Origin: an uncultured Gammaproteobacteria bacterium
GTDB taxonomy: Bacteria; Patescibacteriota; Microgenomatia; Daviesbacterales; UBA10151
Length of the DNA: 64,000 nucleotides
Reading direction: 5' to 3'
NCBI GenBank assembly: GCA_964547465.1
Contig: CAZJNI010000004.1
Coordinates: forward strand, 19,927 to 83,926
Shown: positions 20,453-31,484 of the stretch, in pieces
Layout of the letters: the number at the start of each line of letters is the position of its first letter
Position numbering within the stretch: position 1 is the first letter of the stretch
Made by a program: the position numbers and the translations under genes
Notes under the pieces: generated by a model
The model's input: only the letters and a program-made list of their open reading frames with translations
Database searches by the model: none
What the model was told of the DNA's origin: nothing

Positions 20453-21214
20453 ATGAATATGAAAAAAATAGAAACAAAGAAAAACTTAAAAAAAATATTA
20501 AAAAAACATTCAGGTAGATCATCTGGTGGTATGGTTACTGTCCGGGGTCAGGGCGGCAGACACAAAAGATACTTTAGACAAATAGATTTTAAAAGAGAAA
20601 AATTTGGAGTTGAGGGTTTGGTTGCCGGCATTGAATATGACCCGAATAGAAATGTTGATATTGCTTTAGTTAAATATTCAGATGGTGAATATAGATATAT
20701 TCTTTCCCCAAAAGATCTAAAAGTGGGAGATAAGATTAAATCTGATCAAAAGGTTGAAGCCAAAGTAGGCAATGCTATGAAACTTAAAAATATCACAGTC
20801 GGCGCATTTTTACACAATGTTGAGTTAATGCCTGGTAGAGGTGGACAAATGGGTAGATCTGCGGGTACTGTGATACAACTTTTAGCCAAAGAAGCAGGAT
20901 TTGCGCATTTGAAATTGCCATCTGGTGAAATTAGAATGGTTCCCCTGGAATCAATGGCCACGATCGGCATGTTGGGAAATGAGGAAATGAGAGCCAGAGT
21001 AATAGGCAAAGCCGGAAGATCCCGCCATATGGGGATCAAGCCAACTGTTCGGGGTATTGCCCAGGATCCTGATTCACATCCACACGGTGGGGGCGAGGGA
21101 AGATCTGGAATAGGACGAAAGCGGCCAATGACCAAATATGGTCGTCCTGCTGTTGGTAAAACCAGGAATAAAAAGAAATGGACAAATAAGTATATTATAA
21201 AGAGGATAAATTAA
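20453..21214 (+). CDS. rplB: 50S ribosomal protein L2 (short N-terminus)
   Basis: [27 protein letters not shown]. Confidence 0.98.
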   Translation: MNMKKIETKKNLKKILKKHSGRSSGGMVTVRGQGGRHKRYFRQIDFKREKFGVEGLVAGIEYDPNRNVDIALVKYSDGEYRYILSPKDLKVGDKIKSDQKVEAKVGNAMKLKNITVGAFLHNVELMPGRGGQMGRSAGTVIQLLAKEAGFAHLKLPSGEIRMVPLESMATIGMLGNEEMRARVIGKAGRSRHMGIKPTVRGIAQDPDSHPHGGGEGRSGIGRKRPMTKYGRPAVGKTRNKKKWTNKYIIKRIN

Positions 21215-21215
21215 T

Positions 21216-21521
21216 ATGAGCAGATCAACTAAAAAAGGACCATATATTGACGAAAAGTTACTTAAGAAAGTAATGGCTCAAAAAGGAGCTGCCGGTAAAG
21301 GGGGCGCCTCCGGCACTAAAGACCCTATAAAGACTTGGGCCAGAAGATCACAAATTTCACCTGAATTTGTGGGCCACAGCTTTTTAGTTCACCAGGGGAA
21401 AAATTTTGTGACGGTTTTTGTATCAGAATCTATGGTGGGACATAGGTTAGGTGAGTTTGCACCAACCAGAATATTTAGAACACATGGAACAGTTACCAAA
21501 AGAACATTGGAGAAAACATAG
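21216..21521 (+). CDS. rpsS: 30S ribosomal protein S19
   Basis: [23 protein letters not shown]. Confidence 0.98.
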   Translation: MSRSTKKGPYIDEKLLKKVMAQKGAAGKGGASGTKDPIKTWARRSQISPEFVGHSFLVHQGKNFVTVFVSESMVGHRLGEFAPTRIFRTHGTVTKRTLEKT

Positions 21522-21914
21522 ATGGAAGTTGTAACAATACAAAAATATATGCATACTACCCCCAGAAAGTTAAGACTTGTGGCAGATATGGTTCGTAAGA
21601 TGGCACCCACTCAAGCTTTAGATATTTTAAGGATTACCCCGAAGATGGCAGCTAAAGATTTAAGCAAGGCTTTGGAAACTGTATTGGCAAATGCAAAACA
21701 ACTTGGACTGGATACACAAAATATTTCTCTTAAGTCAATTGAAATAAACGAGAGTACAAAAATGAAAAGATATAGAGCTGGCACAAGAGGCAGGGCAAAG
21801 CCTTTTAAAAGAAGAATGGCACATATTAAAATCGTCGTTACCGACGATTTAAATGTCAAAAGTCAAATGTCAAAAGTCAAAACTGAAAAAGTAGAAGAAA
21901 TGGAGAAGAAATAG
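21522..21914 (+). CDS. rplV: 50S ribosomal protein L22
   Basis: TPRKLRLVAD, RGRAKPF..HIKIVV. Confidence 0.97.
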   Translation: MEVVTIQKYMHTTPRKLRLVADMVRKMAPTQALDILRITPKMAAKDLSKALETVLANAKQLGLDTQNISLKSIEINESTKMKRYRAGTRGRAKPFKRRMAHIKIVVTDDLNVKSQMSKVKTEKVEEMEKK

Positions 21915-22552
21915 TGGGACAAAAGATTAATCCGGTCGGTTTCAGGATGGGTATTTCAACCAGTTGGAGATCCCGTTGGTATGCTGCGGGTGGGAAATAC
22001 AAACAGTTTGTTTTAGAAGATTTAAAGATTAGAGGGATACTTATGAAAAAATTAAAACCTGCAGGTATACAAAATGTGGAAATTGAAAGGGCTGTTAATA
22101 AATTAAAAGTGATCATTTTTGTTTCCCGTCCGGGAATTTTAATAGGCAGAGGTGGGTCAGGACTCACAGAATTGAAGAAGTTTTTACTTAGAGAACTACA
22201 GCTTAAGGATGAAGCTTTAGAGATTGTGCCAATGGAACTTAAAGCCGCGGATCTGACAGCTTATTTGGTAGCGCAATCAATTGCAGAACAGCTGATTAAA
22301 AGATTACCGGCACAAAGAGTGATGAATCAGGCTATAGATAGAGTGATGAGGTCTGGTGCCAAGGGAGTCAGGGTTGTATTGTCTGGTAGGATTGGCGGAG
22401 CAGAGATTGCCAGAAGAGAATGGAAAGCATCAGGTACAATGCCGCTGCATACATTACGTGCAGATATAGACTTTACTTCCTACCCTGCTTTGACAAAATC
22501 CGGGTTTGTTGGGGTAAAAGTTTGGATTAACAGAGGAGAAGTGGAGATTTAA
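21914..22552 (+). CDS. rpsC: 30S ribosomal protein S3
   Basis: [10 protein letters not shown] (GTG start), [21 protein letters not shown]. Confidence 0.98.
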   Translation: MGQKINPVGFRMGISTSWRSRWYAAGGKYKQFVLEDLKIRGILMKKLKPAGIQNVEIERAVNKLKVIIFVSRPGILIGRGGSGLTELKKFLLRELQLKDEALEIVPMELKAADLTAYLVAQSIAEQLIKRLPAQRVMNQAIDRVMRSGAKGVRVVLSGRIGGAEIARREWKASGTMPLHTLRADIDFTSYPALTKSGFVGVKVWINRGEVEI

Positions 22553-22553
22553 T

Positions 22554-22964
22554 ATGGCGCTGCTACAACCAAAAAGAACAAAATATAGAAAAGTTTTTAA
22601 AGGCCAAAGAGGTGGAGTTGCGACTCGGGGAAACAGTTTATCTTTTGGCACTTTTGGAATAAAGGCAATGGAGGCAGGTTGGATTAGTGCAAGACAACTT
22701 GAGGCAGCGAGACGTGCCATGGCTCATTACACCCAAAGAGGTGGACGTATTTGGATCAGGATTTTTCCTGATAAACCAATTACCAAACACCCGGCAGAGT
22801 CCCGGATGGGTTCTGGCAAGGGGGACGTGGAAGGATATGTGGCAGTTGTGAAACCCGGACAGTTAATTTTTGAAATGGGGGCTGTATCTCGTGAAATTGC
22901 AGATGAAGCATTAAGGTTGGCTTCTCATAAATTGCCAATTGATACAAGATTTGTGGAGAAGTAA
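22554..22964 (+). CDS. rplP: 50S ribosomal protein L16
   Basis: [24 protein letters not shown]. Confidence 0.98.
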   Translation: MALLQPKRTKYRKVFKGQRGGVATRGNSLSFGTFGIKAMEAGWISARQLEAARRAMAHYTQRGGRIWIRIFPDKPITKHPAESRMGSGKGDVEGYVAVVKPGQLIFEMGAVSREIADEALRLASHKLPIDTRFVEK

Positions 22965-22966
22965 TT

Positions 22967-23314
22967 ATGAAAAAACAAGAATTTGTACAAATTAAAGGAT
23001 TAGATATTAAAGAGTTAAAAGCCAAGGTAGTAGCGCTAAAGGATGAAATTGCCAAACTGACAATGGAAAAAAATAGAAAGATATTAAAAGATCTAAAAAG
23101 TATCTTTAAGAAAAGAAAAGATTTAGCTCAAGTTCTAACTGTTTTAAAACAGAAAGAATTATTGGGACAGTTAGAGTCAAGAGTCAAGAATCAAGAGTCA
23201 AGTGAAGAAGTAAAAAGTCAAAATAATACACCCTCCACTAAAGTGGGGCCAAAAGTTAAAGGTATAAGTAAAAAGGAAAAAGTAAAAAAAGGAAAGGAGA
23301 AATCTAGTCCCTAG
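22967..23314 (+). CDS. rpmC: 50S ribosomal protein L29 with long basic tail
   Basis: Operon position; RKDLAQVLTVL helix; tail identical to that of S17. Confidence 0.9.
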   Translation: MKKQEFVQIKGLDIKELKAKVVALKDEIAKLTMEKNRKILKDLKSIFKKRKDLAQVLTVLKQKELLGQLESRVKNQESSEEVKSQNNTPSTKVGPKVKGISKKEKVKKGKEKSSP

Positions 23315-23335
23315 ACTCTAGTAACTAGTCACTAA
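23172..23335 (+). repeat. 164-bp direct repeat, copy 1 (3' end of rpmC)
   Basis: Identical by eye to 23637-23800. Confidence 0.95.
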
Positions 23336-23338
23336 CTT

Positions 23339-23779
23339 ATGATAGGTCGTGTTACATCAACAAAAATGCAAAAAACAGCGGTTGTTTTAATAGAAAGAAT
23401 AGCAATGCATCCTTTGTATAAAAAAACTTATAAAAGATCTAAAAAGTATTTAGTGGATGATCCAATAGGAGTTAAAGACGGGGATTTGGTGGAGATTATA
23501 AAAGTTAGCCCTATATCTAGAAATAAACATTGGAGGATTATTAAAGTTGTAGGTAAGAATCTGGCCGAGATTGCGGAAGAGAAGCTAAAGGCTCAAGCTG
23601 AAAAGGTGATTTCAGAAGTAATGCCGGAAGAGAAAGTAGAGTCAAGAGTCAAGAATCAAGAGTCAAGTGAAGAAGTAAAAAGTCAAAATAATACACCCTC
23701 CACTAAAGTGGGGCCAAAAGTTAAAGGTATAAGTAAAAAGGAAAAAGTAAAAAAAGGAAAGGAGAAATCTAGTCCCTAG
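23339..23779 (+). CDS. rpsQ: 30S ribosomal protein S17 with long tail
   Basis: GRVTSTKMQKT, HPLYKK, PISRNKHW. Confidence 0.96.
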   Translation: MIGRVTSTKMQKTAVVLIERIAMHPLYKKTYKRSKKYLVDDPIGVKDGDLVEIIKVSPISRNKHWRIIKVVGKNLAEIAEEKLKAQAEKVISEVMPEEKVESRVKNQESSEEVKSQNNTPSTKVGPKVKGISKKEKVKKGKEKSSP

Positions 23780-23800
23780 ACTCTAGTAACTAGTCACTAA
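23637..23800 (+). repeat. 164-bp direct repeat, copy 2 (3' end of rpsQ)
   Basis: Identical by eye to 23172-23335. Confidence 0.95.
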
Positions 23801-23804
23801 TTAT

Positions 23805-24173
23805 ATGGTTCAGCATAGAACAAGATTAAATGTGGCAGATAATAGCGGTGCAAAAGCTCTGCAGGTTATTCAGCCTCTTGGTGGATCTGGTAAAAGAAAA
23901 GCCACAATTGGCGAGATTGTGGTAGCAGTTGTAAAAGGGGCAGATCCTAATGGTCAAGTAAAAAATCATGAGGTGGTAAGAACTGTGATAGTTAGAACTA
24001 AAAAAGAGATAAGACGTGATGATGGTTCCTATATCAAATTTGACGACAACGCAGGGGTAGTGATAGATAATGATGGTAATTTACGCTCAAGCAGAATTTT
24101 TGGACCAATTGCCAGAGAAATCAGGGATAAAGGTTTTACAAAAATTGTTTCACTTGCCCAGGAGGTATGGTAG
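23805..24173 (+). CDS. rplN: 50S ribosomal protein L14
   Basis: [17 protein letters not shown]. Confidence 0.98.
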   Translation: MVQHRTRLNVADNSGAKALQVIQPLGGSGKRKATIGEIVVAVVKGADPNGQVKNHEVVRTVIVRTKKEIRRDDGSYIKFDDNAGVVIDNDGNLRSSRIFGPIAREIRDKGFTKIVSLAQEVW

Positions 24174-24508
24174 TGAAAAAATTAAAAATTAAAAATTTAA
24201 AATTAAAAATTAAGAAAGGAGATAAGGTCAAAATTTTGCTTGGTAAAGATAGAGGTAAGGAAGGATCAGTCGCTTATGTTTTAGGGAAAAGTAGAAAGGT
24301 ATTTGTTGAAGGAGCAAATCTTTACAAAAGACATGTCAAAAAAATGCAAGAGGTTAAAGGAAGAATTATTGATATACCAAAACCAATGAGTATCTCTAAT
24401 GTTGCTCTGATATGTCCTAATTGCAAAAAGATCACAAGGATAGGATACAAAAAGCTAGGAAATGATAAGGTAAGAATCTGTAAAAAGTGTAAGAAGGAGA
24501 TTAAATGA
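24167..24508 (+). CDS. rplX: 50S ribosomal protein L24
   Basis: [24 protein letters not shown]; N-terminal heptamer array 24177-24211. Confidence 0.96.
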   Translation: MVVKKLKIKNLKLKIKKGDKVKILLGKDRGKEGSVAYVLGKSRKVFVEGANLYKRHVKKMQEVKGRIIDIPKPMSISNVALICPNCKKITRIGYKKLGNDKVRICKKCKKEIK

Positions 24509-24529
24509 AATAAGCGGACGATCTGAAGG

Positions 24530-24563
24530 AGATCCTTCGTCGCTAATTGCTCCTCGGGATGAC
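24530..24563. repeat. Single REP-like unit between rplX and rplE
   Basis: agatccttcg-tcgctaattgctc-ctcgggatgac; overlaps a second hairpin at 24560-24596. Confidence 0.75.
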
Positions 24564-24597
24564 AAACAAATTTAAGAAATTGTAATTTGTTTGTCAA

Positions 24598-25164
24598 ATG
24601 ACTATGGATAGACTTAAGGAAAAATATTTAAAAGAAATAAGAGCTAAACTGCAACAGGAGCTGGGTATTAAAAATGCACTGGCTGTTCCACAGGTGGAAA
24701 AAGTGGTTATCAGTATTGGTTTAGGTGAGGCAAAAGAGAATAAGGATGTATTAGAAAAAGCTAAGGTTTATTTAACAGCTTTGGCTGGACAAACACCGGT
24801 TGTGACTCTGGCCAAAAAATCAATTGCATCTTTTAAGGTATCAGTCGGTCAACCAATTGGGATGATGGTTACATTAAGAGGGACAAGAATGTATGCCTTT
24901 TTGGATAAATTGATAAATATAGTTTTACCAAAGGTAAGAGATTTTAAAGGAATTTCTCAAAGCTCTTTTGATAGCATGGGAAATTTAAATATTGGTTTGC
25001 GGGAACAGACTGTTTTCCCGGAAGTTGATTATAAAACAGTTGATAAAGTTAGAGGGTTAGCAGTTACTATTACAACAACAAGCAAAAATCAAGAGCAAGG
25101 CAAAAAGCTTTTAGAGCTTTTAGGAATGCCTTTTAGAAAGGACAGTCAAGTCGCTAGAGTCTAG
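24598..25164 (+). CDS. rplE: 50S ribosomal protein L5
   Basis: VTLRGTRMYAFL, LPKVRDFKG, FPEVDY. Confidence 0.98.
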   Translation: MTMDRLKEKYLKEIRAKLQQELGIKNALAVPQVEKVVISIGLGEAKENKDVLEKAKVYLTALAGQTPVVTLAKKSIASFKVSVGQPIGMMVTLRGTRMYAFLDKLINIVLPKVRDFKGISQSSFDSMGNLNIGLREQTVFPEVDYKTVDKVRGLAVTITTTSKNQEQGKKLLELLGMPFRKDSQVARV

Positions 25165-25183
25165 GTTCTAGTCACTATAATTT

Positions 25184-25363
25184 ATGGCAAAGGTGAGCAA
25201 TATTGTTAAAAAGAAATTTAAATACGAAGTACAAAAACACAGCCGGTGTTCACGTTGTGGTAGAGCTCGTTCGTATCTTCGAAAATTTGGACTTTGCAGA
25301 TTATGCTTTAGAGAACTTGCTCATTTAGGGCAATTGCCCGGAGTAAAGAAAGCGAGTTGGTAA
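25184..25363 (+). CDS. rpsN: 30S ribosomal protein S14 (zinc type), absent from the ORF track
   Basis: Hand translation, 59 aa: [39 protein letters not shown]. Confidence 0.97.
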   Translation: MAKVSNIVKKKFKYEVQKHSRCSRCGRARSYLRKFGLCRLCFRELAHLGQLPGVKKASW

Positions 25364-25367
25364 GACT

Positions 25368-25742
25368 ATGGATCCAATATCAGATGCGCTAATTAGAATA
25401 AAAAACGGTTATTTATCCGCAAGCCAGAAGGTGGATGTGAGATATTCAAAACTTACTTTACAAATTATCAAATTACTTGAGAAAGAAGGATTTGTAGAAA
25501 AAGTTTCCCAAAAAGATCATGCAATAGAAGTAATACTTAAATATACAAACAGACAGCCTGCATTAACTGATGTAAAAAGAGTTTCTAAACCGTCCTTGAG
25601 AGTTTATAAAGGTGTAAAGCAGCTGCCAAGAGTTTTAAATGGCCTGGGATTTGCAATAATCTCTACACCTAAAGGCATAATGAGCGAAAAAGAGGCAAAA
25701 AAACAAAATGTAGGAGGAGAAGTATTAGCACTTATCTGGTAA
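25368..25742 (+). CDS. rpsH: 30S ribosomal protein S8
   Basis: MDPISDALIRIKN, SKPSLRVY, STPKG, GGEVL. Confidence 0.98.
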   Translation: MDPISDALIRIKNGYLSASQKVDVRYSKLTLQIIKLLEKEGFVEKVSQKDHAIEVILKYTNRQPALTDVKRVSKPSLRVYKGVKQLPRVLNGLGFAIISTPKGIMSEKEAKKQNVGGEVLALIW

Positions 25743-25746
25743 TTTT

Positions 25747-26328
25747 ATGAGTAGAATTGGAAATGCACCTATTTTAATAGTTTCCGGGGTAACAGTTGAA
25801 AAGACCGGGAAAACTGTGTTGGTTAGTGGACCAAAGGGAAGCCTAAAAATTGATGTACATCCGTCAATCACTGTTGAGATTGAGAAGGATAATGTGATTA
25901 TAAAAAGAAAAGGTGAGCAAAAAAATATTAAGGCTCTGCATGGTTTGGTTAGAAGTTTAATTGCGAATATGATCGTCGGTGTGACTGAAGGATGGACTAA
26001 AAATTTGGAGCTGGTGGGTGTAGGTTTTAGGGCACAGACTGCTGGAAACAAATTGGTATTAAACGTAGGTTACTCACACCCGGTAGAAATCGATAGCCCT
26101 GAAGGTATTAGTTTTGAAGTAGCGGATAATATCAAAATCAAAGTAACTGGAATTGATAAACAGTTAGTAGGTCAGATTTCTGCAAATATTAAAAAGGTTA
26201 GAATACCAGATGTTTATAAAGGTAAGGGTATAAGATATGAGGGCGAATATATCAGAAAGAAGTTAGGAAAAACCGGTAAGATAGGAGCAGCTGGTGTTGG
26301 GGCGGGAGGGGCAGCTGGAGGCAAATGA
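25747..26328 (+). CDS. rplF: 50S ribosomal protein L6
   Basis: [19 protein letters not shown]. Confidence 0.98.
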   Translation: MSRIGNAPILIVSGVTVEKTGKTVLVSGPKGSLKIDVHPSITVEIEKDNVIIKRKGEQKNIKALHGLVRSLIANMIVGVTEGWTKNLELVGVGFRAQTAGNKLVLNVGYSHPVEIDSPEGISFEVADNIKIKVTGIDKQLVGQISANIKKVRIPDVYKGKGIRYEGEYIRKKLGKTGKIGAAGVGAGGAAGGK

Positions 26329-26329
26329 T

Positions 26330-26662
26330 ATGAACAGAGTGCATAGAATAAAGCGACATAAAAGAATACGTAAATATCTTGCTGGAACAGCTAGCTTTCC
26401 CCGTCTGGCAATTTTTAGATCCAGCAAACATATTTTTGCTCAAGTAATTGATGATGGCAGTGGAAGAACTTTAATCGCTCTATCTGATGATAAGGAAACT
26501 GGTACCAAGGTTGAGAAAGCTTATAAAGTGGGAAAGAAATTAGCAGAAAAAGCATTAGAGAATAAAATTACATCTGTTGTATTTGATAGAGGTGGATTTT
26601 TGTATCATGGTAGAGTGGAGATGATTGCAAAAGGCGCCAGAGAAGGAGGACTGAAGTTTTAG
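26330..26662 (+). CDS. rplR: 50S ribosomal protein L18
   Basis: [25 protein letters not shown]; start at ATG 26330. Confidence 0.97.
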   Translation: MNRVHRIKRHKRIRKYLAGTASFPRLAIFRSSKHIFAQVIDDGSGRTLIALSDDKETGTKVEKAYKVGKKLAEKALENKITSVVFDRGGFLYHGRVEMIAKGAREGGLKF

Positions 26663-26694
26663 CGCAAAGCGCCCCTCGCGCAAAGCGCCCCAAA

Positions 26695-27213
26695 ATGGAT
26701 AATAATAGAAATAATTTTAATCAAAGAAATAGAGGTGGAAATAGAGGGTTTCAATCCCCCCAGCTGGATAGTGAGTATTTTGAAAGGGTAGTGCAGGTAA
26801 ATCGTGTATCCAAAAAAACTAAAGGTGGAGATAAAAGGTCTTTATCGGTTTTGGTGGTTGTTGGTGATAAAAAAGGCAAAGTAGGTGTTGGACTGGGAAA
26901 AGCTCAAGAGGTTCAATCAGCAGTTAGGAAAGCTACCACATATGCAAAAAAACATATGATAGAAGTGCCTTTAAAAGGAAGGACGATTCCACATCAAATT
27001 TTAATTAAAAAAGGAGCGGCACAAGTTCTTTTGAAACCAGCCCCGGTTGGAACTGGTGTGATAGCAGGAGGGGCAGTCAGGGTGGTTGTTGAGGCAGCAG
27101 GGATTCATGATATAGTTTCTAAGGCTTTAGGTACAGAAAATAAAGCTTCAAATGTCTATGCAACAATGGAGGCCTTAAGCAAGCTAAGATCAGTAAAGGA
27201 TATTAAGAGATGA
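26695..27213 (+). CDS. rpsE: 30S ribosomal protein S5
   Basis: [23 protein letters not shown]. Confidence 0.98.
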   Translation: MDNNRNNFNQRNRGGNRGFQSPQLDSEYFERVVQVNRVSKKTKGGDKRSLSVLVVVGDKKGKVGVGLGKAQEVQSAVRKATTYAKKHMIEVPLKGRTIPHQILIKKGAAQVLLKPAPVGTGVIAGGAVRVVVEAAGIHDIVSKALGTENKASNVYATMEALSKLRSVKDIKR

Positions 27214-27644
27214 AACTACACCAGTTAATAAAAGTTATACATAAATCCAAAAAAAGAATAGGTCGGGGGTTGGGATCTGGTAGAGGTAAAACTTCAGGTA
27301 GAGGCACAAAGGGTCAAAAAGCCAGAGGAAAAATCCCGGTAGGATTTTCTGGAGATTTATCTTTATATAAAAAACTGCCTTTGAAAAAAGGTCAGGGAAA
27401 CCCTAAAATTTCACAAAAACCAAATGTTATAAATTTATCTGCTCTTAATATTTTTAAATCAAAAACAGTTGTCACTTTAGAGGAGTTGATTAATGCAAAA
27501 ATTTTGACGGAGAAAAACAGCAAAAAGGGGGTAAAGATTTTGGGTAATGGTGAGATTAATGTTGCATTAATAATTAAAATTCCTGTATCCAAAACTGCCC
27601 AACAAAAGATAGAGAAAAAAGGTGGAAAGGTGGAGAATGTCTAA
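27210..27644 (+). CDS. rplO: 50S ribosomal protein L15
   Basis: [24 protein letters not shown]; directly after rpsE, with no rpmD. Confidence 0.98.
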   Translation: MKLHQLIKVIHKSKKRIGRGLGSGRGKTSGRGTKGQKARGKIPVGFSGDLSLYKKLPLKKGQGNPKISQKPNVINLSALNIFKSKTVVTLEELINAKILTEKNSKKGVKILGNGEINVALIIKIPVSKTAQQKIEKKGGKVENV

Positions 27645-28932
27645 TTTATTATCTCCAATAATATCTGCTTTTAAAATTGCTGAACTTCGAAGAAAAATTA
27701 TAATTACTACGATTATAGTAATAATTTTTAGACTTGTTGCGCATATTCCGGTTTCAGGAGTTGATCTGGTAGGTTTGCAACAATTATTTTCCTCAAATCA
27801 ACTTTTAGGATTATTGGATATTTTCTCCGGTGGGACTTTGGCAAATTTTTCCATAATTTCCCTGGGTTTAAATCCTTATATTAATGCCTCAATTATTTTC
27901 CAGCTATTAACTATGATTATTCCCTCCCTCGAAACTTTATCCAAGGAAGGGGAATATGGTAGACAGATGATTAATCAGTATACAAGATATCTGACAATTC
28001 CCTTAGCTATTGTTCAATCAGTTGGGATGTTTGCTTTACTGAAAAATCAAGGAGTAATTAGCAACATTGCTCCAATACAGATTGCATCAATAATCGTTGG
28101 AATGACTGCCGGGACTATTTTTTTGATGTGGTTGGGGGAATTGATTACAGAGTATGGAATCGGTAATGGAATATCTCTTTTAATTTTTGCCGGAATAGTT
28201 TCCAGGATGCCGGTGGTTTTTACACAAACTGCTTCAGTTTTTGACCAATTGCAAACCTTGAATGTGTTAATTTTTGGGGCTTTAACAGTTTTAGTTATTG
28301 GAGCTGTGGTGTTTATGAATGAAGGTAGAAGACAAATACAGGTTCATTATGCCAGAAGATTTGTTGGTGGGCGACAGGGAGAAAGCGGTGCTCAAACTTA
28401 CCTTCCTTTAAGGGTTAATCAGGCAGGAGTTATCCCGATTATTTTTGCAGTTTCTCTGGTTTTGGTTCCTTCTTTTGCCGGCCAGTATTTATCTAATGTA
28501 GATCAGAGGCAACTTGCTTTTTTGGGCAGATGGTTGGCCGGCAATTTTGGCCCCACTAATCTTATTTATAATTTAGTTTATTTCTTATTGGTGGTTGGTT
28601 TTACCTTTTTCTATACAGCAGTTATTTTTAATCCGGTTAAAGTGTCTGATGAAATAAAAAAATATAATGGATTTATCCCCGGGATCAGACCGGGGGTTGC
28701 CACTGCCGCATACCTTAATTACATTATGGTGCGAGTAACTTTGGCAGGAGCTATCTTTTTGGGAACGGTGGCCATATTGCCATCAATCGCCACTCAAGTT
28801 ACCGGCATTACCACCTTAGTTTTAGGAGGAACAGGGCTTTTGATTGTGGTATCGGTGATTATGGATACAGCCAAACAATTTGAATCAAAACTTATTGAGA
28901 GAAGCTATGAGGTATTTGCAAAAAGATCATGA
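27637..28932 (+). CDS. secY: Preprotein translocase SecY
   Basis: [34 protein letters not shown]. Confidence 0.98.
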   Translation: MSNLLSPIISAFKIAELRRKIIITTIIVIIFRLVAHIPVSGVDLVGLQQLFSSNQLLGLLDIFSGGTLANFSIISLGLNPYINASIIFQLLTMIIPSLETLSKEGEYGRQMINQYTRYLTIPLAIVQSVGMFALLKNQGVISNIAPIQIASIIVGMTAGTIFLMWLGELITEYGIGNGISLLIFAGIVSRMPVVFTQTASVFDQLQTLNVLIFGALTVLVIGAVVFMNEGRRQIQVHYARRFVGGRQGESGAQTYLPLRVNQAGVIPIIFAVSLVLVPSFAGQYLSNVDQRQLAFLGRWLAGNFGPTNLIYNLVYFLLVVGFTFFYTAVIFNPVKVSDEIKKYNGFIPGIRPGVATAAYLNYIMVRVTLAGAIFLGTVAILPSIATQVTGITTLVLGGTGLLIVVSVIMDTAKQFESKLIERSYEVFAKRS

Positions 28933-29441
28933 AAATATTATTAATTGGCCTGCAGGGTAGTGGAAAATCCACTCAAGCTAAATTGTTATCTGAATATTTA
29001 AATCTTCCTGTTATATCAACTGGTGATATTTTTAGAAAACAGGCATCAATCAATGAAATCATCAGAACTACTTTGCAGGAGGGCAAGTTGGTGGATGATA
29101 CAACAACCAGTAAAGTTGTTAAAGATAGATTAAATGAAAAAGATTGCCAAAATGGTTTTATTATGGATGGATATCCCCGGACTGTAGAGCAAATGAAGAT
29201 TTTTGATCCGGGCTTTGATAAAGTCTTTTATTTAGATGTTCCACAGGATATGGTAATTAAGAGACTAAGCCAAAGGGGGAGAGAAGATGACACAAATGAA
29301 CTGATTAGACGCAGATTGGATCTATATTACAAACAAACGCAACCTTTATTGGATTATTATAAAAGTTTGGGTAAATTAGTGGAAGTGGATGGATCAGGAG
29401 ATATACAAACAATTCAAGATGAAATCAAGAAATCGTTATGA
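28929..29441 (+). CDS. adk: Adenylate kinase (short type)
   Basis: [21 protein letters not shown]. Confidence 0.93.
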   Translation: MKILLIGLQGSGKSTQAKLLSEYLNLPVISTGDIFRKQASINEIIRTTLQEGKLVDDTTTSKVVKDRLNEKDCQNGFIMDGYPRTVEQMKIFDPGFDKVFYLDVPQDMVIKRLSQRGREDDTNELIRRRLDLYYKQTQPLLDYYKSLGKLVEVDGSGDIQTIQDEIKKSL

Positions 29442-30180
29442 GCTGGAGTTGATGAGAAAGTCTGGCAAGATTGCCTCATCTGCTCTGAAAAAAGCCACAG
29501 AGGCAATCAAGACGGGTGTAACTGAATTGGAAGTGGATAAAGTAGCGCAGGATGAGATTTATAAATTGGGTGGAAATTTGTCTTATAAGACTGTACCTGG
29601 GTACAACTATGCTACCTGTATAACCGTTAATGAACAGGTGGTGCATGGAATACCAACAGAGCGAAAGTTTAAGAGTGGAGATTTGGTAAGTATAGATTTG
29701 GCAGTTGAGTATAAGGGTTGGCATACAGATTGTGCATGGTCAGTGTTAGTGGGTCATGAGTCAAGTGTCAAGGGTCATGAAGAGAAAAAAAAATTTTTAA
29801 GCGTTGGAGAGCAGGCTCTTTGGGAAGGAATTGATAAAGCAATTGAAGGAAATAGCATTGGAGATATTTCAAATACTATTCAAAGTAGAGTTGAGGGTGC
29901 AGGCTACAGCGTAGTCAGGAGTTTGGTAGGTCACGGGGTTGGGAAAAGCCTGCATGAAGAACCGGAAATACCAGGGTTTGGAAAAGCGGGAGTTGGGGTA
30001 AGGTTAAAAGAAGGTATGACTTTGGCACTGGAGGTAATTTACACAAGCGGAAATCCGGAAGTGGTTTTAGAAGAAGATGGATGGACATTTTCCACATCAG
30101 ATGGTTCCTGGGGGGGTTTATTTGAAATGACAATAATTGTAGGAAAAAAGGAAGCTAAAGTATTAACCCGCCTTCGTTGA
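29419..30180 (+). CDS. map: Methionine aminopeptidase type I
   Basis: VNEQVVHGIP, HTD, GHGVG..LHEEP. Confidence 0.96.
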   Translation: MKSRNRYELELMRKSGKIASSALKKATEAIKTGVTELEVDKVAQDEIYKLGGNLSYKTVPGYNYATCITVNEQVVHGIPTERKFKSGDLVSIDLAVEYKGWHTDCAWSVLVGHESSVKGHEEKKKFLSVGEQALWEGIDKAIEGNSIGDISNTIQSRVEGAGYSVVRSLVGHGVGKSLHEEPEIPGFGKAGVGVRLKEGMTLALEVIYTSGNPEVVLEEDGWTFSTSDGSWGGLFEMTIIVGKKEAKVLTRLR

Positions 30181-30263
30181 AACTACGGCGGGCAAGCAGA
30201 TTGGCGTAATTCTATGGGTTGTATCTTGAAGCTAAATTTGTTAAAATACTTTGACCTTAAAAG

Positions 30264-30503
30264 ATGAATGATGTAATAGAGGTAGAAGGTAAGATTAAAG
30301 AGGTTTTGCCCAACACTCTGTTTAGAGTGGAAATAGAAAGAAGTGCGGATGTGCCTGAACTTATTGGACGGATAATATTGTGTCATATTTCGGGAAAGAT
30401 GAGAATGCACTATATCAGGCTTTTGGAAGGGGATAGAGTCAGGATACAAATGAGTCCAAAATATGATTTGGACAAAGGGAGAATTACCTTTAGGTTAAAA
30501 TAA
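30264..30503 (+). CDS. infA: Translation initiation factor IF-1
   Basis: [29 protein letters not shown]. Confidence 0.97.
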   Translation: MNDVIEVEGKIKEVLPNTLFRVEIERSADVPELIGRIILCHISGKMRMHYIRLLEGDRVRIQMSPKYDLDKGRITFRLK

Positions 30504-30504
30504 T

Positions 30505-30621
30505 ATGAAAGTAGCAGCCAGTATTAAAAAAAGATGTAAAGCGTGTAAAATAGTCAAGAGAAGTGGCATTTTGTATGTCATTTGCCCTCGTGATCCAAGA
30601 CACAAACAGAGGCAAGGATAA
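30505..30621 (+). CDS. rpmJ: 50S ribosomal protein L36, absent from the ORF track
   Basis: Hand translation [38 protein letters not shown]. Confidence 0.97.
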   Translation: MKVAASIKKRCKACKIVKRSGILYVICPRDPRHKQRQG

Positions 30622-30626
30622 TTATG

Positions 30627-30658
30627 AATTTACAATTTACAATTTACAATTTACAATT
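30627..30658 (+). repeat. Heptamer array (AATTTAC, 4.5 units)
   Basis: Perfect tandem units between rpmJ and rpsM. Confidence 0.9.
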
Positions 30659-30673
30659 CGGAGGTAATTATTA

Positions 30674-31099
30674 ATGGCTCGTATAGCTGGTGTGGATCTT
30701 CCTGAAAATAAAAGATTGGATATTGGTTTAACCTATATATTTGGGATAGGCCCGTCAAACGTAAAATTAGTCTTAAAAGAGACTGGGGTTGATCCGGCAA
30801 AAAGAATAAAAGATTTAACAGAAGATGAAGTTGGGAAGCTGCAAAAGGGAGTTGAGAAATTTAAAGTAGAGGGAGACCTGCACCAGGAAGTTTCTCAAAA
30901 TATCAAAAGACTGGAAGATATCGGCAGTTACAGGGGACTGCGACACAGGAAAAATTTACCATCCAGAGGTCAAAGAACCAGATCTAATGCCAGAACAAAA
31001 AGAGGAAAGAGAAAAACAATTGGTGCAATGAAAAAAGTTGAACAGGCAACACGCCCCTCCGATGGAGGTAAAACAGAAGGAGTCAAACCAAATGCCTAA
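30674..31099 (+). CDS. rpsM: 30S ribosomal protein S13
   Basis: [30 protein letters not shown]. Confidence 0.98.
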   Translation: MARIAGVDLPENKRLDIGLTYIFGIGPSNVKLVLKETGVDPAKRIKDLTEDEVGKLQKGVEKFKVEGDLHQEVSQNIKRLEDIGSYRGLRHRKNLPSRGQRTRSNARTKRGKRKTIGAMKKVEQATRPSDGGKTEGVKPNA

Positions 31100-31484
31100 A
31101 AAAATAAGGAAAATTAAAAAAGCAACATCTGATCGAAAATACGGTAATGGTAGAGTATATGTGACAGCAACTTTCAACAATACTTTAGTTACCTTAACCG
31201 ATTCATCAGGTAATGCCCTGGCCTGGGGTAGCTCTGGTGGGGCTGGTTTTAAGGGAGCAAGAAAAGCAACACCATTTGCGGCAATTTCTGCTATGGAACA
31301 AGTTTCTCAAAAGGCCAAGGCTTTGGGTATAAATTCAGTTGAACTTTATATTAAAGGACCAGGACCAGGCAGGGATGCCACGGTTAAGGCTTTAAGAGGT
31401 GGTGGTATAAATATTACCATGATTGCAGATGTGACACCTATTCCACATAATGGCCCAAGGCCAAAAAAGAGGAGAAGGGTCTAA
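31092..31484 (+). CDS. rpsK: 30S ribosomal protein S11
   Basis: [30 protein letters not shown]; start at ATG 31092. Confidence 0.98.
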   Translation: MPKKIRKIKKATSDRKYGNGRVYVTATFNNTLVTLTDSSGNALAWGSSGGAGFKGARKATPFAAISAMEQVSQKAKALGINSVELYIKGPGPGRDATVKALRGGGINITMIADVTPIPHNGPRPKKRRRV

